From an uncultured Gemmatimonadaceae bacterium (GTDB lineage: Bacteria > Gemmatimonadota > Gemmatimonadetes > Gemmatimonadales > Gemmatimonadaceae), in assembly GCA_963817955.1 (NCBI GenBank), contig CAWFQK010000001.1:192001-256000 (forward strand): a DNA stretch of 64,000 nt, in the 5' to 3' direction. Below are positions 30,049-39,887 of the stretch, one piece after another. The stretch's first letter is position 1, and each line of letters begins with the position of its first letter. A program made the position numbers and the translations under genes. The notes under the pieces are model-generated. The model was not told the DNA's origin. It saw only the letters and a program-made list of their open reading frames with translations, and searched no databases.

Positions 30049-33000
30049 GAGACGCCACTCTCTCTACCCTCCCCTCAACCGGTTGTCCCGACACCCCTCC
30101 AATCACTTTCGCATACTCCTCCACTTGCCTCCCATACCGCTCGTATCTCGCCGACCATCCAGCATCGTCGACAACGTCGGTCTTCCAGTCGACCACACTC
30201 CATCCATCCGGGCCAACCGCGGCGGCATCGATCACGCCTTCGGTGATCGTCTCGACGCCATCACGCTCGGCACTTGCCATGATCGCTAACTCCACATGCA
30301 GCGTGCCGGCTGCCGTCAGGGCTTCCCACGATTCCGATTCCGCCGTTCGTTCGATCAGAGGATAGAGCGCCGCCGACAGCTCTTCGTCCAACCGCTCCTC
30401 GATCGCTACGGCACGCGCGAAGGCGAGGAGCGAATCGCCCCGGCGGCCGCGGCCGAGTGCTGCGAGGCAACGATGAACGGCGGTTCCCCAGGCGGTTCCA
30501 AGTCCCGTTCCATGCGTTGGGCTTTCTGCCGCGACTCGGTCTTCCATTGCGCCCTTTGCTTCCTCAGTGACGGTCACGAAGCGCAGGGATGGCGTGGCGG
30601 CGACGCGAATGCGGGCGGCTGCGTCGTCGGTCGCCTCCATCAGCGACTGGGTGGTGCGGTCCATACACTTGCGGCCGGGAGCGGACTCTACCTTCAGCTC
30701 TTTGGGAATCGCATGCTCATCGAGCATCGGGGCCAGCGGCCGCCACATGGAGTTGTCCAGCTTGGGGGTCGAACTCGTAGCGACTTCACACTGCGCCACA
30801 TAGAGCTCCCGCTTCGCTCGAGTCGCCGCGACGTAAAGCAGACGGGCTCTTTCTGCGTCCTGAAAGCGCGACTCCAGTTCCGCCATGTCGGCCCACTCCG
30901 GCGGCTGCGCCAGCACGTGAGTGTTGTGACCCTGTTGATGGGTGATGGACAAACCTCCCCTGGCACCACCGCTCTCACCGCGCGAAATGTGCACGCGCGG
31001 CTCGAACACCTTTCGGTCGACAGGTTCTGCAAGAATGACCACGTCGGACTCGAGACCCTTTGCCTTGTGCAGATTCATTACGCGCACGACATCGGTGCGG
31101 CCCGGGCGGAGCGGAGCGTCGGCCGCCTCGGCTCTCAGAATGGTTTCGAGGTATTCCATTGCGTCCGGAAGGCCATTCGCCCCCGCCACGGCCGATTCGC
31201 GTAGTGACGCAAGCAGATGGAGCAGCGCACCAGCGCGTGTTTCCCCGAGCGGCTGCGCCGCGGCGTGCAAGAGCAGACCACTCTCGTCCAGAATGCGTTC
31301 GAGAAGAATGTCCGCGGGATGACGTTGCGAGGCTTTCCACCACTCGTGTAATTGCAGCAGCGCGCGGGCTGCTGCGTCGGCCTCGTCGAGTGGCCGATGG
31401 CTGACGGAAAAGCGAATGCCGCGCTGTGATGCGTTCCACAGGTCCGCCGGGCTCATACCAAAGAACAGTCCTTCGAGCGCCGCCACGACGGCAATCGTAT
31501 TGTCCGGATCGGCAAGGGCGCGCAACACCACGAGGAGCTCGCGCAACTCATGCTCCTCTACCAGGCGCGCCCCTGTGGTCGCAACCGGAATGTTTCGCTC
31601 GATGAGCGCACGGGCGTACTGTTCGATGGGCGTCTTGGTCGCGGTGAGCACCATGAAATCGCCGGCTACCTTTTCGCCTTTCGCAATCCTGCCGGCGATG
31701 AAGCTCGCCACCATTGCTGCATCCAACTCGATGACGGCACCCTTTGCTCGCCCAGGTGGACGAACGGCGTATGTATAGACGCCGTCCCTTCCTTCCGGCT
31801 CGTGCTGGGTCTCCATGGGGCGATACGCCGCTTGTTCCGGCGTGGCCATCGCCGGAAACACTTCTGAGAAGTGGCAATTGACCACGGCTTCAACGGAACT
31901 CACCGAGCGGAAATTCGACGTGAGCGGCAGCACGACGCCGAACGCCTCCATGCGGCGTTTCACCAGCTCGTACGTCTCGATGTCAGCACGACGAAATCGG
32001 AAAATGCTCTGCTTCGGGTCGCCAACCACGAACAAGCTGCCGGGCCGCGGTGTCACGCGCCGCCAATCTTCGCCTTCGCTGGAATTGGACGTGAGCAGAA
32101 AGCACACCTCGGCCTGAATCGGATCAGTGTCCTGGAATTCATCCACGAGCAGGTGGGCATAGCGTGCACCAAGGTCATCCCGAACCGCCGGATGTTCGCG
32201 CAGCAGCCGGGCGGTGAGGAGCAGCAAATCCTCGAAGCCGAGCTGCCCCGTTGCGTGCCGTTCGCGGGCAAACTCCGACGCTGCGCGCTGAAGCACTTCC
32301 ATCACCAACGGATAGCGGTGCTCGCGCCAACAGCGGAGGACGTCGGCAATCGGCCCCTCGACCAATGTTGCGAAATCGTCGCGCAGGTTCTTTGCTTGAA
32401 GCTTGTCTTCCTTGGAATCGCTCCAGCGCTTCTGGACCACTTTGCAGTCGGACTTGGAGATCGACGCCAATACATCGCACAAGGTGGCGATGTCATCGAA
32501 CTGGCCGACGCTTCGCTTGAACTCCAGTCGACGCACGAGACTCATCACGCCGTCCCAACCGTCGCTGGGCTCTTCACGCGGCATCGCATGGCGCGCAGCG
32601 GCGAGGAGCCTCTCCAACTGCTCGCGACACAGCGTCGTATTTGGCTTCGCGACCGGGGTGAGCGGAAAGTCGACGTCGGGATACGTCATCACCAAGTTGA
32701 ACCCCTGGTACAACACGGATGGATCGATCCCCACCGAGTACAGCGCCGTGAGCCCGGCATCGTTGTTACGCTTCGCTCGCTCCACCCAGCGTCGCCAGAA
32801 GCGCCGCGTCATCTCCTCCCAATCGTCGTCACTGACCTCCTGAAAGTTCGGGTCCAACCCCGCTTCCAGCGGCCGTTCCCGCAGGAGCCGCGCACAGAAC
32901 GAGTGAATCGTGCCAAGGAACGCACGATCGAGCTCGTGGAGCGCACGGTCATAGCGCGCCGTCTCTTCGGACGTGTCGCCGGATTTGCGCAGTGCCTGCT

Positions 33001-33223
33001 CCAGTCGCACTTGAAAACGCTCCCGCAGCTCATTGGCGGCTTTGCGTGTAAACGTCACCGCCGCAATGCGCTCGATCGGCGTGCCAGTCCGCACATGCTC
33101 GAGCATGCGTTCGACGAGCGACGTCGTCTTGCCGGATCCAGCACCCGCCTCGATCAGCATGTTGGTGCGCAGATCGGTGCGAATGCGTTCCCGTGCCGGC
33201 TGGTCCCCGGGGACGCGGCTCAT
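29930..33223 (-). CDS. addA: AddA-like UvrD helicase/PD-(D/E)XK nuclease
   Basis: AGAGSGKT, TFTRKAA, VDEFQD, VGDPKQSI, HKAKGLE, LLYVAATRA; nuclease GTAVH...ID...VDWKT; ATGA overlap with the upstream gene. Confidence 0.88.
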   Translation of the reverse strand: MSRVPGDQPARERIRTDLRTNMLIEAGAGSGKTTSLVERMLEHVRTGTPIERIAAVTFTRKAANELRERFQVRLEQALRKSGDTSEETARYDRALHELDRAFLGTIHSFCARLLRERPLEAGLDPNFQEVSDDDWEEMTRRFWRRWVERAKRNNDAGLTALYSVGIDPSVLYQGFNLVMTYPDVDFPLTPVAKPNTTLCREQLERLLAAARHAMPREEPSDGWDGVMSLVRRLEFKRSVGQFDDIATLCDVLASISKSDCKVVQKRWSDSKEDKLQAKNLRDDFATLVEGPIADVLRCWREHRYPLVMEVLQRAASEFARERHATGQLGFEDLLLLTARLLREHPAVRDDLGARYAHLLVDEFQDTDPIQAEVCFLLTSNSSEGEDWRRVTPRPGSLFVVGDPKQSIFRFRRADIETYELVKRRMEAFGVVLPLTSNFRSVSSVEAVVNCHFSEVFPAMATPEQAAYRPMETQHEPEGRDGVYTYAVRPPGRAKGAVIELDAAMVASFIAGRIAKGEKVAGDFMVLTATKTPIEQYARALIERNIPVATTGARLVEEHELRELLVVLRALADPDNTIAVVAALEGLFFGMSPADLWNASQRGIRFSVSHRPLDEADAAARALLQLHEWWKASQRHPADILLERILDESGLLLHAAAQPLGETRAGALLHLLASLRESAVAGANGLPDAMEYLETILRAEAADAPLRPGRTDVVRVMNLHKAKGLESDVVILAEPVDRKVFEPRVHISRGESGGARGGLSITHQQGHNTHVLAQPPEWADMAELESRFQDAERARLLYVAATRAKRELYVAQCEVATSSTPKLDNSMWRPLAPMLDEHAIPKELKVESAPGRKCMDRTTQSLMEATDDAAARIRVAATPSLRFVTVTEEAKGAMEDRVAAESPTHGTGLGTAWGTAVHRCLAALGRGRRGDSLLAFARAVAIEERLDEELSAALYPLIERTAESESWEALTAAGTLHVELAIMASAERDGVETITEGVIDAAAVGPDGWSVVDWKTDVVDDAGWSARYERYGRQVEEYAKVIGGVSGQPVEGRVERVASLTARTADGADSLTARTADCADSLTARTANGADSLTALTP

Positions 33224-36200
33224 TGGGCTGCTCCCGTTGCACGCCGAGCCAACATGGGTGCGTATTCCGGCAGTGACTCTGCGTGTTCGCTCGCCCATGC
33301 GGCGCGCGGTGAAGTGGTCTGGAACTCGCCTTGGCTCGCTCGGCAGATCTCCCGATGGTCGCAGAAGCCGCAGTCGCCGGCATCCGTCGTGGGAATGAAT
33401 TTGCCGTCGCACACATGCGCGATCAGCGAAGCAACGACGTGCGGAACAGCGGACAGCTCGTCCTTGCCATACGCCATGATCTCGTTTCCACCGCGTTCGG
33501 TGGGGAAGCGATACTCAAAGCTCGACACCGGCTTACCGGTCAGCGCGGTGACCGCAGCCACGTAGATCGCCGGTTGCAGTTGACGTCCGCCGTTGAACGG
33601 ACCCGCCTTTGGATTCTTTCCATAGGAAGAGGACTTTCCCGTTTTATAATCGACCACGCGCAACGTGCCGTTCGGCAGCTCATCCACGCGATCGGCACGG
33701 CCGTGCGTGAGCAGCGTCCGTCCGTCCGGCAGGGTGAACGGTCCAGCTTTCTCGCCGCGACCAAACGCCAGCTCAAAGTTGAGCCAGCGCCCCGCATCAC
33801 CGGCAGTGCGTCGGTCGCGCTCCATCTGCAGAAACGCCGTGGCAGCACGGTGAACCTCTGCGCGCTCCGCCTCGAACACGGTCTCGGCGGGTGGCGGAAC
33901 CTCTTTGCGCCACCGCGTCACCGCCTCAGCCGCGATGTCGCTCATACGGACACGCACATCGTCGCCGAATAGCGCATCTTGCCGCCCCTGGAACTCGCGC
34001 GTGAACGTCTCGAATACCTCGTGCAGCAACGATCCACGCTGCAGCGGGTCCAGCCAGCGGGCTTCGTCATACTGGGGATCCTGACTGGGGTAGAGCGAGA
34101 GTCCGTACTTGTAGAACCAGGACAACGGACACTTGGCAAGCGTCTCGAGCGACGAGGGAGAGATCTCACGATCGGGCCGCGCCGCTGGATCCAGCGCCGG
34201 TCCAGCGTCCGGGATCAGGCCGTGGAATGCCGTGAGTGCGTTGCCGTTCGTTGACCGGTGCGCGTCGAGCCCAGCCGCCAGCACCGGGAACGCATCACGC
34301 ACCGCGCTCGTCCCATCGAGCAGCAGCGCGCCATCGGCGAGGGCATCGAACCAGACATCGCGGCCATCGAGTAGGGCGGTTCCACAGAGCGCGCCGGACT
34401 CGTCGCGCGCCGGAACGGCCGACGCCAGCGGATGAAGCGCATGACGCAGGTTCTCATATGAGAGACTCGTGTCTCCTTTCGACTGACGCCACGCCTGGAG
34501 CATGAGCGGCGATGGTCCGGCCTCCCGGCCATCCATGGATCCGTTGATCGAATAGGAAAGTGTGATTCGTCCGCGTAGGCCGGCCAGCGCTCCCAATAGC
34601 ATTCGGTCGGACTCCTCACGTCGCTCGGCCGATGTCGCCAGCCGCCCCGGTCCCACTGCCCGGCGCACGGCATCCGGCAATAGCGGATCCTGCCGTGCGC
34701 CACCCATGGTACGTGCTGCGTCGAACCCCACGACAAACACTCGCCGGCGGCCCGTGGTACCTGCATGCGATACGGTCGTGAGGTGCGGCATCTCGCCGGC
34801 CGAACTCCACGGTTTGCGCTCGCTGGTGACCAACGGCCAGGCGCGAAGGTCGGCGAGCGCTTCGCGCAGCGCGGCGAGCGCGCTCGAGAAGGCGACGTCT
34901 TCCTGTTCGACTTCCGCGAGCAGAGCAAGCCGCGAACAGAGGCGGTCCATCGTCTGTACTTCAGCCTGCCCGTGCACCGGACACAATGCCAGATAGCCGA
35001 GCGTTGCGCGGGCGAGCGCCGAGCAGGAGGAGCGCGGCGGCTTGGCAGCGCCACGCTCATTCACCGCCGGCGTGATGGCCAGAATGCTAGCCAGCAGCCT
35101 CCGCAGCGCCTTGCAGGTGCGCTCGCGCGAGGCACGACGCGACGCGAACCGCTCATCGGTCTCGTCTTTCTGCGGCATCATTGTGGCAACGCGCGAGCCA
35201 CTCCTGAGCAGCACGATCGCCGCCTCGAAGCGCTCCCGGCCCCACCCAATGCGCAACGACCGCAGCTCGCGCGCGAGCGCGGTGCTCGGCAAATCTGAGT
35301 CGTTGTGATTGAGCTCGCCCGCCTCGAGCGCCTGCCGCAGCACATCGGCGGAAAGACCGTCGCTCAGCCACCCAAACCACCGATCGAGCGCTCGGCCAAT
35401 GCGCGTGCGTGTCAGCGGAATGCCCTGCAGCATCGTCGCGCCAACGCCAAGCCGCTGGCAGAGCGCGTCGAGCGCAATACCGTAAGTATCCGGATCTGTG
35501 GCGACGATCTCCACGTCATCCCACCGGAGATCTTCGCCGATGACGCGCCGGAATACCTCCCGGAGCTCATCCGACGGTGTACCGGCAGCAAAGAGATCGG
35601 CGTCGACACCGTTTGCGAGCACACGGTCCGGCTGGAACTCATCCACCGCGAGGATCTGCGCGCCGTGCGCGATTAACAGGTCGTGAAACTTCCCAGGCAG
35701 CCCGCGTGGCGTGCGTGACGGGACCATCGCGATGATTCCGTCCAGCGCGAACGGCGCTTCCAGTTCAAATGCTTCGATCGCCATCCGGAACACTGCCGCG
35801 GGATCGGCGAGGTGATGTTCCTGGAGCAGCCGTTCGTATTCCGCCAGCACTGCTGGTAGGTCATATGCGGGTGTTCCGGCAGTCGCACACCGCCGGATTT
35901 CGTCTACACTCACGCCCCCCGTCCGAATCTCGAGCAAGGTGTCGAGCAACGCGCGACGAAAGCCAAGACCGGGCGCGAGCGCGGCGAAACTCGCTCCCAC
36001 CGTGTGCTCCGCAATCGCACGCTCGAGCGCCGAGTTGGCAAGTGCATTGATGGTCACATCGTCGGCGACCCGTACGCCGGCTTCGGCGAGCGGCACGAAG
36101 GCGACCGACTGAGCGAGCTCCCGAAGATTGGTGGCTTCCCACCCGATCCAACCGCCGGTTCGGCGAGCGAGCGTAACGAGAAGCTCGCGGCCGAAGTTGA

Positions 36201-36288
36201 CGTCAGGGCCAACCAGGCGCTTGCGAACGAGGGGGTGTTTCGCACCGATGGATTCGACGGACAGCAGAAGCGCGGACGGGTCGATCAT
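33220..36288 (-). CDS. addB: AddB-like PD-(D/E)XK nuclease subunit with Fe-S cysteines
   Basis: SPSSLE...CP, RGSLLH, GRADRVD, VDYKTG, Q..IY, CGFCDHREIC; directly upstream of the addA-like gene; start 36288 or 36312. Confidence 0.82.
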   Translation of the reverse strand: MIDPSALLLSVESIGAKHPLVRKRLVGPDVNFGRELLVTLARRTGGWIGWEATNLRELAQSVAFVPLAEAGVRVADDVTINALANSALERAIAEHTVGASFAALAPGLGFRRALLDTLLEIRTGGVSVDEIRRCATAGTPAYDLPAVLAEYERLLQEHHLADPAAVFRMAIEAFELEAPFALDGIIAMVPSRTPRGLPGKFHDLLIAHGAQILAVDEFQPDRVLANGVDADLFAAGTPSDELREVFRRVIGEDLRWDDVEIVATDPDTYGIALDALCQRLGVGATMLQGIPLTRTRIGRALDRWFGWLSDGLSADVLRQALEAGELNHNDSDLPSTALARELRSLRIGWGRERFEAAIVLLRSGSRVATMMPQKDETDERFASRRASRERTCKALRRLLASILAITPAVNERGAAKPPRSSCSALARATLGYLALCPVHGQAEVQTMDRLCSRLALLAEVEQEDVAFSSALAALREALADLRAWPLVTSERKPWSSAGEMPHLTTVSHAGTTGRRRVFVVGFDAARTMGGARQDPLLPDAVRRAVGPGRLATSAERREESDRMLLGALAGLRGRITLSYSINGSMDGREAGPSPLMLQAWRQSKGDTSLSYENLRHALHPLASAVPARDESGALCGTALLDGRDVWFDALADGALLLDGTSAVRDAFPVLAAGLDAHRSTNGNALTAFHGLIPDAGPALDPAARPDREISPSSLETLAKCPLSWFYKYGLSLYPSQDPQYDEARWLDPLQRGSLLHEVFETFTREFQGRQDALFGDDVRVRMSDIAAEAVTRWRKEVPPPAETVFEAERAEVHRAATAFLQMERDRRTAGDAGRWLNFELAFGRGEKAGPFTLPDGRTLLTHGRADRVDELPNGTLRVVDYKTGKSSSYGKNPKAGPFNGGRQLQPAIYVAAVTALTGKPVSSFEYRFPTERGGNEIMAYGKDELSAVPHVVASLIAHVCDGKFIPTTDAGDCGFCDHREICRASQGEFQTTSPRAAWASEHAESLPEYAPMLARRATGAAQ

Positions 36289-36382
36289 ACTCACCACGGT
36301 TACGGAAGCCAAACACGCACTTTGGATTGGGACCTGCGCGGCGACCTGCGGACAGTACGGCTACGGTCTGACAGCGGAGGAA

Positions 36383-36950
36383 TCACGGATCCGCCACTCG
36401 TACCCTTACACGCTCGAGCAGTCGATCGACGTCAATTGTCTCCAGTACCCCCATCCGGATGTCATCCTCGACGGCGCCAACCATGGCGCCGCGAATCTCC
36501 ACCGCCGACTGGGTCGGCCGCGCATCGAGAAACCCTCCGCGCTCCAGATACTCGCGCAGCTCGGCGGTCTGCTTCGCCCGAAAGCCAGACAACTCCTTCC
36601 GTTCGAGTGCCTCCACCAGACCGTTGGCGCTCTCACCATAGAGATGCGCGAGAGCCAACACCTCCGCCATCCTGCGCTCCGACACGGCGCCTGAATCGGT
36701 CAACACCACCCGGTCAACTGGGCGTCCACGGCCGATCGCGGCGCCCTGGTGCATCGCGTCGACAGCCCGCGCCAAGGCTCTGGCACGGGCGCCGACATTG
36801 GGGAAATCCGCCAATACGTTCACGCCGCCGCTCTCGGCCAGGTTCTCAAGCTCTCCCCACGTCGTGACCCCGCCAGCGAGTAGTTGGTGCAGTGCACCGA
36901 GATCGTCAATCAAATACCACAAGTGCGTCCCTCCCGCACTGCCGCTCCCG
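36383..36950 (-). pseudogene. Out-of-frame C-terminal part of the YhaN-like protein
   Basis: Protein-like frame (HLWYLIDD...) with no convincing start, overlapping the end of 36906-39887 in the +1 frame. Confidence 0.7.
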
Positions 36951-39887
36951 GGAGCGCACGGCCGGCACGTGGAGCGCAGTACCATAACTGTCATGGGTGT
37001 GCTCACAGGGTAACGGGAGCGCCGCAATCGTCGGGGTTGCAACCGGACCGACAGAAAGGTCTATCGGGAGTGCCCCGTGAAGGTCCCGCCGCGCCGCCAG
37101 GTCCAACACTGTATGACTGGCCGCGCGTGCATCCAGCGCCGACATCCACTTCGCTAACTCGTCGCGCTGAGCGGTGAAGTAGAACACCTGGCGTCCACCT
37201 TCGGCGAGCGTGATCACCGCATCGATGATCGCAGCCGCCCGGTGATCGTCGCTATTGCCGAGCGTCTCGTCGAACAAGAGCGGAAGCTTGACGCCATTCT
37301 CCTGGGATTCCACAAACGCGATGCGCACCGCGAGGAGCAACTGCACCCGCGTGGCGCTCGACAGCTCATCCAGCGCGTGCCCGCGCCTGGTCCTTGTGTC
37401 GAGTGCACGGAAGCCGGCATCACCGCCAACTTCTGGTTCCTCGAACTCCAACTGATACCGTCCCCGCGTGATCGCGGAGAAGAGTTCTCGCGACCGGTGA
37501 AATACGCGCGGTCGCTGATGATCGCGCGTTGCGCGCTGAACGTGCTTCACGAGCGCACCGCCGATCAGGGCGTCAAGGTCTCTCCGGCGAGCCGTGCGGA
37601 GCGCTTCTTCCGCAGTTGCCTGCCGAGCCAGCGCGGGTTCGACTTCGCACTGCTGCTTCGCCTGATCGACAAGCGCGCGCAGACGCGTGCTCTTCGTCAT
37701 CAGTCGCTCGTGCTCCGAGGCGAGCGCCGCTGCCGCCGCACGCTTTCCGTTCAGTTCGATGACGTCTGTCGTCGCAAGCGTCGGCTCATACAGCCCGTCT
37801 GACTCGAGAACGTGCTGCGCGGAGTCACAGTCGTGCTCCGCCAGACGCACCGCCTCGAATGTTTCGACATACGATGATCGATCCGCGCAGAAGGCTTTCA
37901 GCGCGTCCATGTTTCCGCGGTCACACTCGCACGAGTCGAACACGGCGTCGATTGCAGCCTGGTTATGTACTCTGGCAGCGGCGGCTTCACGTTGGCGGTG
38001 AACGGCGTCCTTCTGCCGTTGCACGGCTGCGTCGTGCTTCTGTACGCACTGCTCGACGCTGGCCGCCAGACCTAGTGCTTCCGCGGCATGTGCCGGCGCA
38101 GAAAGACGCACCGCTGCGGCAGCGCACACCGTGTTGGTCTGAGCTCTCGCTAATTGCGCGCGGGCGGAAACACGTTCAGCCTCTGCACCTCGCAATTCCT
38201 GGAAGGCGTCGAACCAGTGGCTGACATGCTGGCCAATCCAGGAGAGCCGGTGGGCGTCCGCGTCTGGCGCAACGCCGAGGCGCTGCGCGAGCGCGACGCG
38301 ATCTCTGTCAAGAACGGACCGTTTGTCATCGAGCCCCTGGCGCTTCCGCCGTGCGTCCTCAGCCCATTGTGCGCGCCGGTCAGCAACGCGTATGTCCGCT
38401 GCGAGCTGCTCGAGCCGGTCCAGAGCTTCGATCACGTGCGCCGTACTCCAACTGCGCGGCGGTTCGATTCCGAGCGCAGCGTAGTCGCGCTCCCGTCTTG
38501 GACGCGCGCTGTCTGCCACAGGCTTTTGGCGATGCAACAGCACTGCGATCGCTAGGGCCAGCAGCAAACCGACACCGGCGACCGGATGCCACGTGACGGC
38601 GGCGGCAAGCGAGCCAACACCGGCAAGGCATGCGAGGACCCACATCAGAAGATCCGAGGAGGGCCTTTCCGCTCCTGTCTGCTGCGGATCGGCCTCACTC
38701 AGCCACTGTACCAGAAGACGCATGCCATTATTGACGACATCGAGTTTCACTGCTGGGCGGCCCTCCTCTCCTTCCGCGGCGAGGCGCTCCTCGGCCTCGG
38801 CCGCGGCGTACGCGGCCTGCAGTTGGTCCGCTCGGAGGGCGAAGTCCGCCAGATCACCGAACGAATCGCCGTCGATCGCCTCCAGTTTTTCGTTGGTGGG
38901 AGTTCCGCCAATCGCACGCCGGGCCGCCTCGAGTCGGGCGCACACTTCCTGCACGCGACGCTCGCACACGGCGACACATCGCTCTGCGTCGGCGAGCGCC
39001 ATCGCAGTCTCTTTGAGGACGAGAACGGCCTGTGGCGCGATCGGCCCTCCCGGCAGCGCGAGGGCCGCCGCCTCAACGGCCGCCGCGACTCGCTCGGCCT
39101 CCTCCATCTCGGTCTTTGATGCGGTGTCGAGCCGGGCGTCGAGTTGTTCGAGCTTCTCGATCTCGTCGCCATGAACGTGCTGGAGCACAGCGGGATACTT
39201 GGCGAAGCGCGCGCGCGTTTGATCGAGCACAGCGATCTTGTGCGCGTAATCGATCGCCTTCGCGAGCACCTGCTCCTGTGCGCCCGCGCAGCTGGCTGCT
39301 TTCGAACGTGCTTCCAGCTCTTCGAGACCGCTCGCGTCCCGGTGCAGAGCAGCCTGATCATCCTGGGCTTCCTTCAGATCCTTGCGCGCAGCCTCCAGCG
39401 CGCGGCCCTCCGAGGCAGCTGTTGATGGTTTACTCAGAAAGCCCAAGGCATCCGCGGCAGCGGTGAAGTCGTACCCGCCTGCAGACTGACGGGCGATCTC
39501 ATCCGCAAACTGATCGGTTCGATCGGTGGCGAGGAGCAGCTCGTGCAGTGACAACTTGTAGCGCTGTCGGAACTCTGGCGCCGGGAGCTCGGGCGGCCTG
39601 GATTCCGCGCCATTCCGCTGCACACCGAGATGTCCCGCATCCAGTGCCACGACGAACTCAGATTGGCCAATGGAGTAGCGAGCCGAGACGCTCAGACGAT
39701 GTGTGGCGTCTGCCGCCGGCCAGAGCACCGCCTCGATCGCGCGCGCCGTGCTTGTCTTTCCGGAGGCGTTTGGGCCGTAGACCAGGTTTACGCCCGGAAC
39801 GAAATCGTCCAGCAGGAACGGGTCATCGATGCCCGGCGTGCGCCGCACGTGCACGTAGTGCAGGCAGAGAGATTCTTCGGCGCTCAC
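36906..39887 (-). CDS. YhaN/Rad50-SbcC-like ABC ATPase with long coiled coil (frameshifted near the 3' end)
   Basis: GPNASGKT Walker A, coiled coil, LSSAT signature, LLFDE Walker B, GNSD D-loop; GTGA overlap with the upstream nuclease. Confidence 0.88.
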   Translation of the reverse strand: MSAEESLCLHYVHVRRTPGIDDPFLLDDFVPGVNLVYGPNASGKTSTARAIEAVLWPAADATHRLSVSARYSIGQSEFVVALDAGHLGVQRNGAESRPPELPAPEFRQRYKLSLHELLLATDRTDQFADEIARQSAGGYDFTAAADALGFLSKPSTAASEGRALEAARKDLKEAQDDQAALHRDASGLEELEARSKAASCAGAQEQVLAKAIDYAHKIAVLDQTRARFAKYPAVLQHVHGDEIEKLEQLDARLDTASKTEMEEAERVAAAVEAAALALPGGPIAPQAVLVLKETAMALADAERCVAVCERRVQEVCARLEAARRAIGGTPTNEKLEAIDGDSFGDLADFALRADQLQAAYAAAEAEERLAAEGEEGRPAVKLDVVNNGMRLLVQWLSEADPQQTGAERPSSDLLMWVLACLAGVGSLAAAVTWHPVAGVGLLLALAIAVLLHRQKPVADSARPRRERDYAALGIEPPRSWSTAHVIEALDRLEQLAADIRVADRRAQWAEDARRKRQGLDDKRSVLDRDRVALAQRLGVAPDADAHRLSWIGQHVSHWFDAFQELRGAEAERVSARAQLARAQTNTVCAAAAVRLSAPAHAAEALGLAASVEQCVQKHDAAVQRQKDAVHRQREAAAARVHNQAAIDAVFDSCECDRGNMDALKAFCADRSSYVETFEAVRLAEHDCDSAQHVLESDGLYEPTLATTDVIELNGKRAAAAALASEHERLMTKSTRLRALVDQAKQQCEVEPALARQATAEEALRTARRRDLDALIGGALVKHVQRATRDHQRPRVFHRSRELFSAITRGRYQLEFEEPEVGGDAGFRALDTRTRRGHALDELSSATRVQLLLAVRIAFVESQENGVKLPLLFDETLGNSDDHRAAAIIDAVITLAEGGRQVFYFTAQRDELAKWMSALDARAASHTVLDLAARRDLHGALPIDLSVGPVATPTIAALPLPCEHTHDSYGTALHVPAVRSRERQCGRDALVVFD

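Noticed and set aside
31871..33565. 564-aa plus-strand ORF and similar long antisense ORFs (e.g. 2513-3589, 10316-11614, 13047-14150)
   Set aside because: Shadow frames of well-supported opposite-strand genes in high-GC DNA, with no motifs.
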